Assembly: GCA_963850305.1 (NCBI GenBank) | Contig: CAWKKR010000001.1 | Location: 1-64,000, forward strand | Length of the DNA: 64,000 nt | Source of the DNA: an uncultured delta proteobacterium | GTDB lineage: Bacteria; Myxococcota_A; Polyangia; Polyangiales; Polyangiaceae | Direction of reading: 5' to 3' | Shown: in pieces, positions 29,908-39,460 of the stretch | How positions within the stretch are numbered: the first letter of the stretch is position 1 | Layout of the letters: every line of letters begins with the position of its first letter | The notes under the pieces: model-generated | What the model saw: the letters and a program-made list of their open reading frames with translations, nothing else | Told to the model about the DNA's origin: nothing | Databases searched by the model: none | Made by a program: the position numbers and the translations under genes

Positions 29908-30213
29908 TCAGGTTCCCTTGCAGCCGCCCTGACCCTTGCAGTCGTTCTGGCCTTTGCAACCGTGCGAATCCGTCTTGCAGCCGCCCTGGCCCTTGCAAGC
30001 GTTCTGACCCTTGCAAGAGTGCTTCGCGGCAGCCGAGTCAGGCGTCGCGCTCGAGTCCGCCGGAGCGGCGGAAGAGCCAGCTGGCGCGGCGGACGAGCTG
30101 GCAGCGGCCGGGGTCGCAGGCGCTGCCGCTTCCGAGGACCCACCACCACAACCGGTCACGCCGAGCGCAATGCCGCCGAACGCTGCCACCACGAGTGAAT
30201 GCGAAACCTTCAT
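29908..30213 (-). CDS. Bufferin-like (BufA2-type) Cys-rich RiPP precursor with a lipoprotein signal (101 aa)
   Basis: aaggagagg RBS; GVTGC lipobox; Ala/Ser/Pro linker; two copies of HxCKGQNxCKGQGGCK. Confidence 0.88.
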   Translation of the reverse strand: MKVSHSLVVAAFGGIALGVTGCGGGSSEAAAPATPAAASSSAAPAGSSAAPADSSATPDSAAAKHSCKGQNACKGQGGCKTDSHGCKGQNDCKGQGGCKGT

Positions 30214-30272
30214 AGTATTCCTCTCCTTAAATAGTGTCACGACGTACCGCGAAATCGCGGCATCCGTGAGCT

Positions 30273-30297
30273 TACGTTCCCATCGAACGATAGTTAC
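30273..30297 (-). promoter_or_regulatory. ECF sigma promoter GTAAC-N16-CGTA of the MNIO operon
   Basis: Minus strand reads GTAAC-tatcgttcgatgggaa-CGTA, ~60 nt upstream of the precursor ATG. Confidence 0.7.
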
Positions 30298-30353
30298 GCG
30301 CGATGAGCGCGTGCACCCTAGCGCGCTCGCGACGACTGTGAAAGCAAGACGCT

Positions 30354-31838
30354 TCACTTTCTGTCGGGTCCAGTCAGCGTGACGGCGGTCCGAACCCAGG
30401 CAAGCGGCGCTAGCGGGTCGAAGCGGACATCCACGCCGTCCTTCCTCACTCCCAGATTGGCCCAGAGCTTCGGCAAATTTTCCGCTCCGGGGGCCCTCCC
30501 GAATCGCTCGAAGAGCTCATGCAAAACGTGCGTGCCCGTGGCGCGATCTGCCACATTGAGTACCCACTCGAGTGACCGGTGCGTCTCCACGTTCGCACCT
30601 CGCGAGACTGCCCTGATCGCATCATCGAGAGATTTCGCGCCTCGGGTCTGCTCCCGGATCTCGACATCAGCGAGCAGAAAATAGAGCGCGCCGCCCCAGT
30701 ACACGCGGCCCCAGTCGTGTGACCCCTCGAGCCCGGTATCTCCGTCTTCGGGGATACCCTGCGGGAGACCGTCGACGAGGTCTCCCCACACCTTCTCCGG
30801 CGTGATCATCCCGGCGCGCACGCGCGCGAGCGGTTCCACGTAAGTGGCGAGCCCCTCGGCGAACCAGGTGTGCTCGTACGCGAGCGCGGGGAAGCCGACG
30901 TGCACGAGCTCGTGCGCGACGACCCAGTCCTCGATCACCGAAGCGGCTGTGACGGAGGTCCCGAGCCGAACCATGACGGAAGCCCCACCGCCGCCCAGCG
31001 TCTCCCCTCGCGTGACGGCCTGCGTGCCGGGTACGACGAAGATCGTCACGCGGTCGTCCGGTGCGTGCCCGAGGTATCGAGTCACCGCATCCACGTCACT
31101 CCTGACCCACGCCACGACCTTCGCGTCGTCGAACTGGAGCGACGAGGCGATCACCACGACGGCGCCGCTCCCGGCGATCGGGTACGTCCTGGCCGGGCCA
31201 AACGCGGAAAAAGCTGCCTCCTCGAGCGAGTCCACCGACGCCTCCCAGCTGTTCGGCGCTCCGCCGGGAGACGGGCGTAGACCAGTCGCGAACCCTCGAC
31301 CGTCCTGTGACACGACCCGAACGCGATAACGTCCCCGCTCGGACGGCGCGTCGGGATGCAGCAGCCACGTCGACGGAGGGGCGAGCGTGAGGCCGCCAGC
31401 GACGAAGGCCGTGTTGACGTCGGCAAGCTGGGTAGCCGCTTTCCCCAGCGCCATCGTGTAATGCAGCCGGCAGGGTGAGGCCGGACATACCGCGGCGCTC
31501 CGGATCGACGAGCTCAGCAGCCCTCGGCCGTCAATCGAAACGTCACGAATGAATGGCATCGCCGCCTCGTCGACGCGCAACGGCCCGGTTATCGGGCCCT
31601 CGAGGATCGCCGTCACGTCGAGATCGACCGATGACGAAGCGTTCACCTCGTAGCGCCAAAGGGGTTCCTGCGCTGCTCCGGCGACCGCCGCCGGCCCGGA
31701 CGCAGGCGTGCACGCCACCAGCAGAGTCGCGACGAGCACTCGAACTCCCCTGCCCGCTCGCCGCGGAGTGGGGCAGAATGGCGACCGTTTGGTAACATCG
31801 CCGGCGTCGCGGCGTAAAAAGGGCATGAGCATGACCAA
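30354..31838 (-). CDS. Gluzincin metallopeptidase (M61/M1-like), probably a lipoprotein; true start likely ~31745
   Basis: WVVAHELVH (HExxH), WFAEGLATY, YWGGA; LLVAC lipobox. Confidence 0.8.
   Translation of the reverse strand: MVMLMPFLRRDAGDVTKRSPFCPTPRRAGRGVRVLVATLLVACTPASGPAAVAGAAQEPLWRYEVNASSSVDLDVTAILEGPITGPLRVDEAAMPFIRDVSIDGRGLLSSSIRSAAVCPASPCRLHYTMALGKAATQLADVNTAFVAGGLTLAPPSTWLLHPDAPSERGRYRVRVVSQDGRGFATGLRPSPGGAPNSWEASVDSLEEAAFSAFGPARTYPIAGSGAVVVIASSLQFDDAKVVAWVRSDVDAVTRYLGHAPDDRVTIFVVPGTQAVTRGETLGGGGASVMVRLGTSVTAASVIEDWVVAHELVHVGFPALAYEHTWFAEGLATYVEPLARVRAGMITPEKVWGDLVDGLPQGIPEDGDTGLEGSHDWGRVYWGGALYFLLADVEIREQTRGAKSLDDAIRAVSRGANVETHRSLEWVLNVADRATGTHVLHELFERFGRAPGAENLPKLWANLGVRKDGVDVRFDPLAPLAWVRTAVTLTGPDRK
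31792..31816 (+). promoter_or_regulatory. ECF sigma promoter GTAAC-N16-CGTA of doxX (near-leaderless)
   Basis: GTAAC-atcgccggcgtcgcgg-CGTA, with ATG 8 nt downstream. Confidence 0.7.
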
Positions 31839-32334
31839 AGAGACCCGAGGAGACTACGAGACGTCGCGCACCGGCGTCTCGCTCATCCGCACGGTTCGTA
31901 CGCGGGCGCTATCGATCCTGGGCGATCTCGACTGGGTGGCTCTCCTTCTCGGGCGGCTCGCCGTCGGATTCCTGTTCATGTCGACGGGCTGGGGCAAGGT
32001 TCACAATATCGCCAAGGTGACGGCGTTCTTCGTGTCTCTCGGGATTCCGGCTCCAGGCTTTCAAGCCGTGCTCGTCGGGTACAGTGAGCTTCTGTGTGGA
32101 ACCGCGCTCGTCGTCGGACTCCTCTCCCGGTTCGCCACGGTACCGCTCATCGTCAGCATGATCGTCGCGCTGATGACCGCGAAGCGCGGCGACATTCACG
32201 GGCTCTTCGACCTCGTCGGGCAAGACGAATTCACGTATCTCACCGTTCTCGTAATGATCGCGATCCTGGGGCCCGGGCGCGCGGCCCTCGACCACTTCGT
32301 CGCACGCGCGATCGACCCGGCGAAGCCGGGCTAA
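31825..32334 (+). CDS. DoxX family membrane protein
   Basis: LLGRLAVGFLFMSTGWGK, ELLCGTALVVGLLSR, GPGRAALD. Confidence 0.92.
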   Translation: MSMTKETRGDYETSRTGVSLIRTVRTRALSILGDLDWVALLLGRLAVGFLFMSTGWGKVHNIAKVTAFFVSLGIPAPGFQAVLVGYSELLCGTALVVGLLSRFATVPLIVSMIVALMTAKRGDIHGLFDLVGQDEFTYLTVLVMIAILGPGRAALDHFVARAIDPAKPG

Positions 32335-32404
32335 CGAAAGCCGCGAGCGACGCCCGGGAAAACCCTGCTATCCTGGGCACGCGCGGCGACAGGAAGGACT
32401 CGCA

Positions 32405-33301
32405 TTGTTGCTCTCGGTATTGAAGACCGTAGGATTGATCCTCGAGACGCCCAAGCTTCTCCTCAGCAGGACTCCCGTCAACTATTACGAGTCGCTGGGT
32501 GACGACGTCGTCGAAGGCGAGCATCAGGGATTTGGAGACCCGAGCAAGCCCCTCTGGCTGAACCTCGGATTTTGGCAAACCGCTCGTTCTTACCCGGAAG
32601 CGGCCACAGCGATGGCCCGCCTGCTTGCCGACGCCGCCCGACTCGGTCCCACCGACGAGTTACTCGATGTCGGCTTTGGCTACGCAGAACAGGACTTCTT
32701 CTGGGTCGAGCACTTCGACGTCAAGAAGATCACGGGACTGAACATCACCCCCGTGCACGTGGAACGAGCCATGGCGCGCGTCAAGGAGCGCGGGCTCGAA
32801 AGCAGGATGGACCTGCGTGTCGGCTCCGCCACCGAGATCCCCTTCCCTGACGCGTCGTTCGACAAGGTGACGGCGCTCGAGTGCGCCTTTCACTTCGATA
32901 CGCGTCAGCGCTTCTTCGATGAAGCGTTCCGCGTCTTGCGCCCCGGAGGCAGATTGGCCCTTGCCGACGGCGGCCCCGTCCCGGGTCACAAGCCACTGAA
33001 CTTCCTCAATCGGATCGCGCTCAAGAGATGGTCCGTACCGTTCGAGAACTTTTACGACCGTGAAGAGTACGCGCGAAAACTCACGGCGGTCGGATTCACG
33101 GACGTTAACGTGGAGTCGATCCGAAATCACGTGTTCCCCGGATGCACCAAGTACGCGAGCCTGCGGAAGCAGGGGCGCTCGATGGCCGACGCGATCGTGG
33201 AACTCACCCAGGAAGAGATCGATCGCTGCGAGGGGATCGAGCAGTGGTCCCACATCGGCATGACGGATTACTTCGTCGCATCTGCGGAAAAGCCGCGTTG
33301 A
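32405..33301 (+). CDS. Class I SAM-dependent methyltransferase (small-molecule O-MT-like)
   Basis: WLNLGFW, LLDVGFG, SFDKVTALECAFHF, RVLRPGGRL. Confidence 0.92.
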   Translation: MLLSVLKTVGLILETPKLLLSRTPVNYYESLGDDVVEGEHQGFGDPSKPLWLNLGFWQTARSYPEAATAMARLLADAARLGPTDELLDVGFGYAEQDFFWVEHFDVKKITGLNITPVHVERAMARVKERGLESRMDLRVGSATEIPFPDASFDKVTALECAFHFDTRQRFFDEAFRVLRPGGRLALADGGPVPGHKPLNFLNRIALKRWSVPFENFYDREEYARKLTAVGFTDVNVESIRNHVFPGCTKYASLRKQGRSMADAIVELTQEEIDRCEGIEQWSHIGMTDYFVASAEKPR

Positions 33302-35133
33302 GCGGCGGCACCACGGACACGGCCCGAGCGTCCTCGGAGGACGACTCGGCCGCGATCGGCGCCACGGGTAGCGAGGCGGCGCTGATCCGTCTCATGCGGC
33401 TGCCGCGCCTGGGCGTATGGCTCGCGTTGATCGGCGTCGTCCTGACGGCGCCGAGTCTGTTCATCGGCTTCCACCTCGACGACTACGTCGGCCGATACAT
33501 TTACTCCGACCTCGCCGGCGCGAAGAAACTTTATCACGTCTACGTGGGCGGGTACGGCATCGCGACCGGGATTCCGGCCGAGACGCACTGGCAGATCGAG
33601 CAGGGTTACGCGCCCTGGTGGACGTATCCGAAGCTCCTCATCCGTCTGTGGCGTCCGCTGAGCCTCAGCACGCATCTTCTGGACGGGAAGCTCTGGCTCC
33701 ACAGCGCGTTCATGATGCACGCGCAGAACGTCTTCTGGTTTGCGCTCATGATCCTCGCCGCGACGCGCCTCTACCGCGGCATCATGGGACGGACCGTCGG
33801 CGGCCTTGCCTCGATCCTTTACGCTTTCGACCACACCCACGGTTTTCCCGTCGGCTTCATCTGCAACCGGCACGCGCTGATCACAGCGATGTTCGGGTCA
33901 CTCGCGCTCGATCAGTATTGCCGCGGAGCGACGGGCAACGTCCGCATGGCGCGCTGGCTCGGGCCGTTCGTCTATGCGTGTGCGCTCCTCTCGGGCGAAG
34001 CCGGCACCTCCGTGCTGATTTACGTCGCGGCGTACGCGCTCTTCGTCGAAGAGACCTCTCTGTCGAAGCGCGCGCGAGCGGTTCTTCCGTACTTCCTGGT
34101 GACGGTGTTGTGGCGGGCCGTGTACACACGAATGGGTTACGGCGCGAGCGGCTCAGGCTTGTACATCGATCCGGGGCGCGAACCGCTGCACTTTCTCTCC
34201 GCACTGCTCGTCCGCGGGCCCATCCTGCTCGTCGGCGAGCTCTTCGTCCCGCCTTCGGAGGCCTACATGCTCTCGAGCCCCGGAGTCGCCGCGGCGTTGC
34301 TGGTCTTCGCCGTGGTGTTCGTTCTGGCGCTTTCGGTCGCGCTGTTCCCGATCCTGAAGCGAAGTCGTGTGGCTCGATTCTGGTGCTGCGGGATGGTGTT
34401 GTCCGTGGTCCCGGCGAGCACGACGCACCCGAACAACCGACTTCTGTTCTTCTGCAGCCTCGGGGCCATGGGGCTCCTGGCGTCGCTGTGGGAGCTCTAC
34501 GCCATCGTGTTGCGTGACCTCGCGGTTCGCGGGGTCGCGTGGTTCTCGCGAGCGATGTCCGCGTTGCTCGTGTTCGTACACCTCGTGGTATCGCCTCTCG
34601 CTTTACCGGTGGTCGCGTGCAGCTTACTCTTCACGTTGCCGATAAAGCGCGCATTTGCCGATGTCGGCCCCGACGTCGAGGGTCGCGATGCGATCTTCGT
34701 GACCGCGCCGGACTACTACTCGGTGAAGCTCATGCCGATGCAGCGGCGTGTAGAGGGGTTACCCCTGCCTCGCCGCTGGCGTGTCCTCTCGTTCGGTCCG
34801 GAAGATATCCTGGTTCGCCGTACGGACTCTCGCACGCTCGTGCTCGACTACGATGGCGGGATCCTGTCGAGCCCACTCATGGAGCTCTACCGCGATCGAC
34901 GGATCCCCATGGCGCCGGGCGACACCGTGACGCTGAAGGGCTTGAAGATCGAGGTCCTCGAGGTAACGCCTCAGCACCTCGCGAGCGAGGTGCGATTCGC
35001 CTTCGATACGTCACTCGATTCGCCCTCGTTTCGATTCTACTACTGGGCGAAAAACCACTTCCATCCGTTCACGCCGCCCGCGATCGGCGCGAGCCAGCGC
35101 TTGCCCGGCGCACGCATCGACCTCGGGCTCTGA
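33298..35133 (+). CDS. Polytopic membrane protein, GT-C-like glycosyltransferase; start 33298 or 33394
   Basis: First TM followed by GFHLDDY, then WRPLS, CNRH, ALLSGEA; about 10 TM segments and a soluble C-terminus. Confidence 0.65.
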   Translation: MSGGTTDTARASSEDDSAAIGATGSEAALIRLMRLPRLGVWLALIGVVLTAPSLFIGFHLDDYVGRYIYSDLAGAKKLYHVYVGGYGIATGIPAETHWQIEQGYAPWWTYPKLLIRLWRPLSLSTHLLDGKLWLHSAFMMHAQNVFWFALMILAATRLYRGIMGRTVGGLASILYAFDHTHGFPVGFICNRHALITAMFGSLALDQYCRGATGNVRMARWLGPFVYACALLSGEAGTSVLIYVAAYALFVEETSLSKRARAVLPYFLVTVLWRAVYTRMGYGASGSGLYIDPGREPLHFLSALLVRGPILLVGELFVPPSEAYMLSSPGVAAALLVFAVVFVLALSVALFPILKRSRVARFWCCGMVLSVVPASTTHPNNRLLFFCSLGAMGLLASLWELYAIVLRDLAVRGVAWFSRAMSALLVFVHLVVSPLALPVVACSLLFTLPIKRAFADVGPDVEGRDAIFVTAPDYYSVKLMPMQRRVEGLPLPRRWRVLSFGPEDILVRRTDSRTLVLDYDGGILSSPLMELYRDRRIPMAPGDTVTLKGLKIEVLEVTPQHLASEVRFAFDTSLDSPSFRFYYWAKNHFHPFTPPAIGASQRLPGARIDLGL

Positions 35134-35192
35134 CCCCGGAGATCGCCTGGGGGTCCGACCCGGCGTCGCTCCGCCGGTCGAGCGAGGCCTGA

Positions 35193-36023
35193 TTAGATCC
35201 TGAGCAGCAACCCGGCGCTATGTCCGGCGAAGAACACGAAGCCACAGACGAAGAGCCACGTCACGCCATAGATCAGCTTCACGCGAGTCCAGTATTGAGC
35301 CACCCGGTCAGCGGCAAATGGAACGACGAGCGCCATGGCACTGATGACGGCGGCAATCGGATGCAGCGCGAGTGCGGCGAAGACCGTACACACGACCATC
35401 AGCACGCGCGCGAGCAGCAGCGTATGCGCCTTGCCCAGAACTACGCCTGTCGTTCGGACTCCCTCGACGGCGTCCTCGTCCGCATCGCGCATGACCTGAA
35501 TGGCCTCGAAGACCCCCGAGAACAAGCCGAGTTCGATGGCCATGCACCAACCAAGTCGGTCCTGCCATGGAAAGCCGCAGGCCGGCATCGCGAGGCCCCA
35601 GAGCATCATCGACGGCACGTCGAAGAATGGCTTTCGTTTGAGATGGGCGGAATACCAGACGCAGATGCCGCCACCGAACACGAGAGGAGCGAGCAACCCG
35701 ACGTCATGAACGAAGGCCGCCGCCACCAGCGCCGCCACCATCGCCCACTGCGCGAACAGGGCCGCGCCCTGGTGTTCGTTCAGAAACCGCGTCTTCTTCG
35801 AATCCTTGCCCGTCGACTGCATGTCGAGCGCAACGTCGATGTAATCGTTGTTGAGATAGACGAGCACATTGAGCACGAGCGCGAACGCCGTGCGAAAGAC
35901 GACGTCCGACCCCCTCAGATGCAGGGCTACGGCGATGGACGTCGCCGCCGCGAGGTTCGCCATCTCGAGCTTTTTCAGCCGGTACGCGAGGACGTCGATG
36001 ACGATGCGAGCAGCAGCGAACAT
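35193..36023 (-). CDS. UbiA-family prenyltransferase
   Basis: YLNNDYIDVALD and MRDADEDAVEGVRT Asp-rich motifs; YSAHLKRKP. Confidence 0.88.
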   Translation of the reverse strand: MFAAARIVIDVLAYRLKKLEMANLAAATSIAVALHLRGSDVVFRTAFALVLNVLVYLNNDYIDVALDMQSTGKDSKKTRFLNEHQGAALFAQWAMVAALVAAAFVHDVGLLAPLVFGGGICVWYSAHLKRKPFFDVPSMMLWGLAMPACGFPWQDRLGWCMAIELGLFSGVFEAIQVMRDADEDAVEGVRTTGVVLGKAHTLLLARVLMVVCTVFAALALHPIAAVISAMALVVPFAADRVAQYWTRVKLIYGVTWLFVCGFVFFAGHSAGLLLRI

Positions 36024-36175
36024 GTTCTCGGAGAAATCCTGATGATGACGCGGCGCGCCGCTATCGCCGGATTTCCAAGATATCATGTTCGCCGCTTACG
36101 ATGCGAGTCGCTCTGGCTTGGCCGCCATGATTTCCAAGAGCAGCTCAACTCGAGTTTCGCTGTGGTCCGGCGCGT

Positions 36176-37149
36176 CTAGCTTTCCCCCAGATGCGCTTCT
36201 CGCCGCCCGAAGTGCTGCCATATCCACACAACGGCACCCGCACCGGTCACCGGAACCCATTGAACGACTCGATATAGAAGTGCGAACGCGAGCGAGCCCT
36301 CTCGACTCACGCCCAGCGCGATGAAGCCCAGAGACGCCCCCGCCTCGAGGGCGCCAAAGTGCGCGGGTGTGGATGGGATGGCTATCGCGACGTTGACCGC
36401 TGCGTAGACCACCAGGCAACCGCGGAGGTCACTTTCGATCCCCAGGCTGCGAGCGCAAAAGTAGATGAGTGCCACGTCGAGCGCGTCGGCGAGAATCGAC
36501 CATACGAAGGCTCGCAGCACCGCGGCCCGGCGCGGCCACCGCAGCGGTCGACGCGACGCAAATCGCGCTTCTTGCATGGCGCGAAGCCCCCGTCGGATGA
36601 GCCAAATGAGGATGGGTAGGCCAAGCACGGCCACGCCAAGCATCACGAACGACAGTCGCCCATGATGAATCGCCGTTGCTAGAACGGGAGCGGTGCAGGC
36701 GACGAGGCTCGTCCCCTCGACGGCCTTTTCGATCAACTGCGCAAAGGCAACCGGCAGCACAGAGTAACCGCGCGACGTGAAGTACCTGGTCCGCACGAAA
36801 TCCCCGGCACGCAACGGCAGGACGTTGTTGGCGGCGTGGTTCAGCAGGACCGCGGCAACGAAGCCGCTACGGGGCACACTCGCATGCGGTGCCCTGTCGA
36901 GTAGCTCGGTAAAGCGGAGGCCCCGACACACGATGTTGAGCGCGAGCAGCGGAACCGTAGCGAGCAAGAGCTCCATGCGCGCTCCGCGCAGGACCTGGGC
37001 TACCCGCGCAAATGAGACCGCTCCCACGACGAAGGCCAGCCCCACGCCAACCGCTCCCGCCGCCGCCCACCGCAAAACTCCCGCCCCGCGCGGGCGCCAC
37101 GCCGGTCGGCTCGACGTGGCGCCCGCTTTCGGACCGCGGCTCTCATCGG
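36176..37149 (-). CDS. Lysylphosphatidylglycerol synthase TM/flippase-like protein (UPF0104); start uncertain
   Basis: ANNVLPLRAGDFVR, IEK, IPSTPAHFGALEA, ALLYR; this is the C-terminal part of the fused ORF 36176-38887. Confidence 0.85.
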
Positions 37150-37963
37150 TCAGAACGCGCTTGATCCTTTCGACGCGTTCGCGACGCCCGTTCCGAGGGA
37201 CGGGCCGCCGACGTTGAAGCGCGCCTGCAACCCACCGAAGAGGAAGAAGTTGACCCGCGGGTCTCCGACGTTCGAAAAGGTGGACACGCCCGGCCCTTCG
37301 CGACTCAGAAAGATTCGACGTGTCTCCGCCCACGACGGGCGCGACCGCGACTCCCCGGGTCATTCGAAAGTCCGCACCGAGCTCAACGCGGGCGAGTTCA
37401 AGCCCGAGGAGCGACGTGTTCGCTCCGTGATCCGGCGCAATCCACAGTCCTCGCATACCGGATGACAGCGAGAGCCATGGGTCGATTGCGTAGGACGGAC
37501 GGAAATGGAAATCTGCTTCCAGTCCTGCCGTCGCCGAACGGAGTTCGGTACCGGCAGCGGACAGATCGCCGCGGGAGAACTCCGATCCGGTTCCGTAGAC
37601 GCCCAGCAGAAAATGAGGCGTGAATCGGTACCCGATGGCGGCCTGAACGGTGCCTCCGGGCCCGGAAAGATCGCTCATGGTCGGGAGATGGCCACCCACG
37701 TCCCCGAGGCCCTGACCATAGCCGGCGCCGATCTGAAGCTCGACTGCCTTCCGGACCGGCATCACATAGTGATCCAGTTTGTCCGAGTTACCTACACCGG
37801 TGTCGCCGGTGGTCGCATACGTCGTATCGACGGTCCCGGGCACCGGAGGGGGCACGACGGCACTCTGGCCGTCGTGCGTCACCCAGGGTTCCTGAGCCTT
37901 CGCACCGCGCGCCGAGGTGACGATCACGAACGCACTGAGCACGGTTACGGCTTCGATCTTCAT
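37150..37963 (-). CDS. Outer-membrane beta-barrel protein; frameshift at ~37320
   Basis: aaggagg RBS; signal peptide; alternating strands (AIGYRF, ADFHF, ADFRM); alternate frame continues ...FFLFGGLQARFNV to a stop at 37150. Confidence 0.75.
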
Positions 37964-38068
37964 GGCGAACCTCCTTGGTTTCGTCGAAACGAACATCGCG
38001 TTCTCGAGGCCGAACGCATGACAGAACGTTCGGCTGATTCCGATCCTCGTGTCGACCGTGCCTACTCC

Positions 38069-38084
38069 TGCAAACCGCGCGCCC
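38069..38084 (-). promoter_or_regulatory. Putative sigma54 -24/-12 promoter of the beta-barrel operon
   Basis: GGGCGCG-CGGT-TTGCA (GG-N10-GC). Confidence 0.45.
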
Positions 38085-38312
38085 CACGCAGGAGCCGGGC
38101 ATCGAACGACGGAATCACGTGCCGGCGCTCCCGCTTGCCTACGGCGCGCCGGCCTCCGCCGTCGCCAGGAAAGGGCGCCACCATTTGTCCCGACTCGCGA
38201 CGCATCGCGGCCGAACGTCTCGATGCCCAATCGGAGCCGGAACCCTTCGACCCGCGCGTTCACTTCGCTCCGTGACGAGCGATTCATCGAAAATCGCGGG
38301 CAGCGCGCGACC

Positions 38313-38328
38313 GGGCATGTTTCGTGCT
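38313..38328 (+). promoter_or_regulatory. Putative sigma54 -24/-12 promoter of the lipid operon
   Basis: GGGCATG-TTTC-GTGCT (GG-N10-GC), 73 nt before the ATG at 38402. Confidence 0.45.
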
Positions 38329-38401
38329 GTGTCGTCCGCTGTATGAAACGCGTTGCGACTTCGCGTTCAGAACGATCACGACGACGAGAGCGCGGTGAAC
38401 C

Positions 38402-39453
38402 ATGCTGAAGGGCGCCATCGTCGGCTACGGATTCATCGCCGAAAACGGGCACGCGCCGGCCTACCTGGTGACTGCGAACGGGAGCACGCCGATGGAGATC
38501 GTGGCCATCGCGGACCCATGTTTGCCCCGCCTCGTGAAGGCGGCTTTGGATCGTCCCAACGCGCGGCTTTACGAGGACTACCGGACGCTGTTCGAGCGCG
38601 AACGTGATCTCGACTTCGTCGACGTCACGACGCCGCCGTCGGAGCACGCCGCGATCGCGCACGCGGCGTTCGATCGAGGGCTGCACGTCTATTGCGAGAA
38701 GCCGATCGCAACTCGCGCCATGGACGCGCGCGGCATGATCGAGCACGCGAAACGGGCGCGCCGGGTACTGTTCCCGTCCCACAACTACAAGCACGCCCCG
38801 GCCGTGCGTGCCGTGAGGCGCGCCATCGATGGCGGTCTCGTCGGACGCGTCCACCTCGTGACGCTGCAAACGTTTCGGAGCACCCACGCACTGGGGGTGC
38901 CGGAGTGGCGACCTGACTGGCGCCGCGAGCGGCGCTTTTCAGGGGGTGGCGTGGCGATGGACCACGGAAGCCACACGTTCTATCTCGCCTTCGACTGGCT
39001 CGGCTCATTCCCGACCTCCATCACCGCCAAGACCTCCTCCCTCGGCCTTCACGACACGGAGGACGATTGGCCTGCACCGTCACCTTCCCGAACGGCGTCG
39101 CTACCGCGTACCTCACGTGGAACGCCGGGATCCGGAAGGTGATCTACACGGTACATGGAGACCAGGGAGCCGTCCGCGTCGAAGACGACGACGTGGAGGT
39201 GTCCATCATGGGCACCACGAGAGACGGCAAGCAGACGTGGGAACGGCGGCCCGAGCACCTGTGCTCGGATTGGATGGACGCGAGCCATGTCAATTGGTTC
39301 GGATCCGTCTTCAAGAAGTTCGCGGAAGCGATCGAGCACCGCGAATACGTGGGACGCGATGCCGTGGAGGGGCTCAGGTCCGTCGAACTGATCGAAGCCG
39401 CTTACGAGTCGGCGCGGCAGAATTCCAGGGAGCTGCCGCTTCTCCGGAACTGA
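38402..39453 (+). CDS. Gfo/Idh/MocA NAD-dependent dehydrogenase; frameshift at ~39067
   Basis: GAIVGYGFIA, LHVYCEKP, GGGVAMDHGSH; the C-terminus lies in ORF 39067-39453 (IEAAYES). Confidence 0.92.
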
Positions 39454-39460
39454 GAGGTAA

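Noticed and set aside
27221..32334. Island integrated at tRNA-Lys carrying the MNIO cluster
   Set aside because: I saw no duplicate of the tRNA-Lys 3' end and no integrase.
36176..38887. 903-aa beta-barrel/flippase fusion protein
   Set aside because: Produced by a frameshift at ~37320; the alternate frame gives a proper barrel C-terminus and a stop at 37150.
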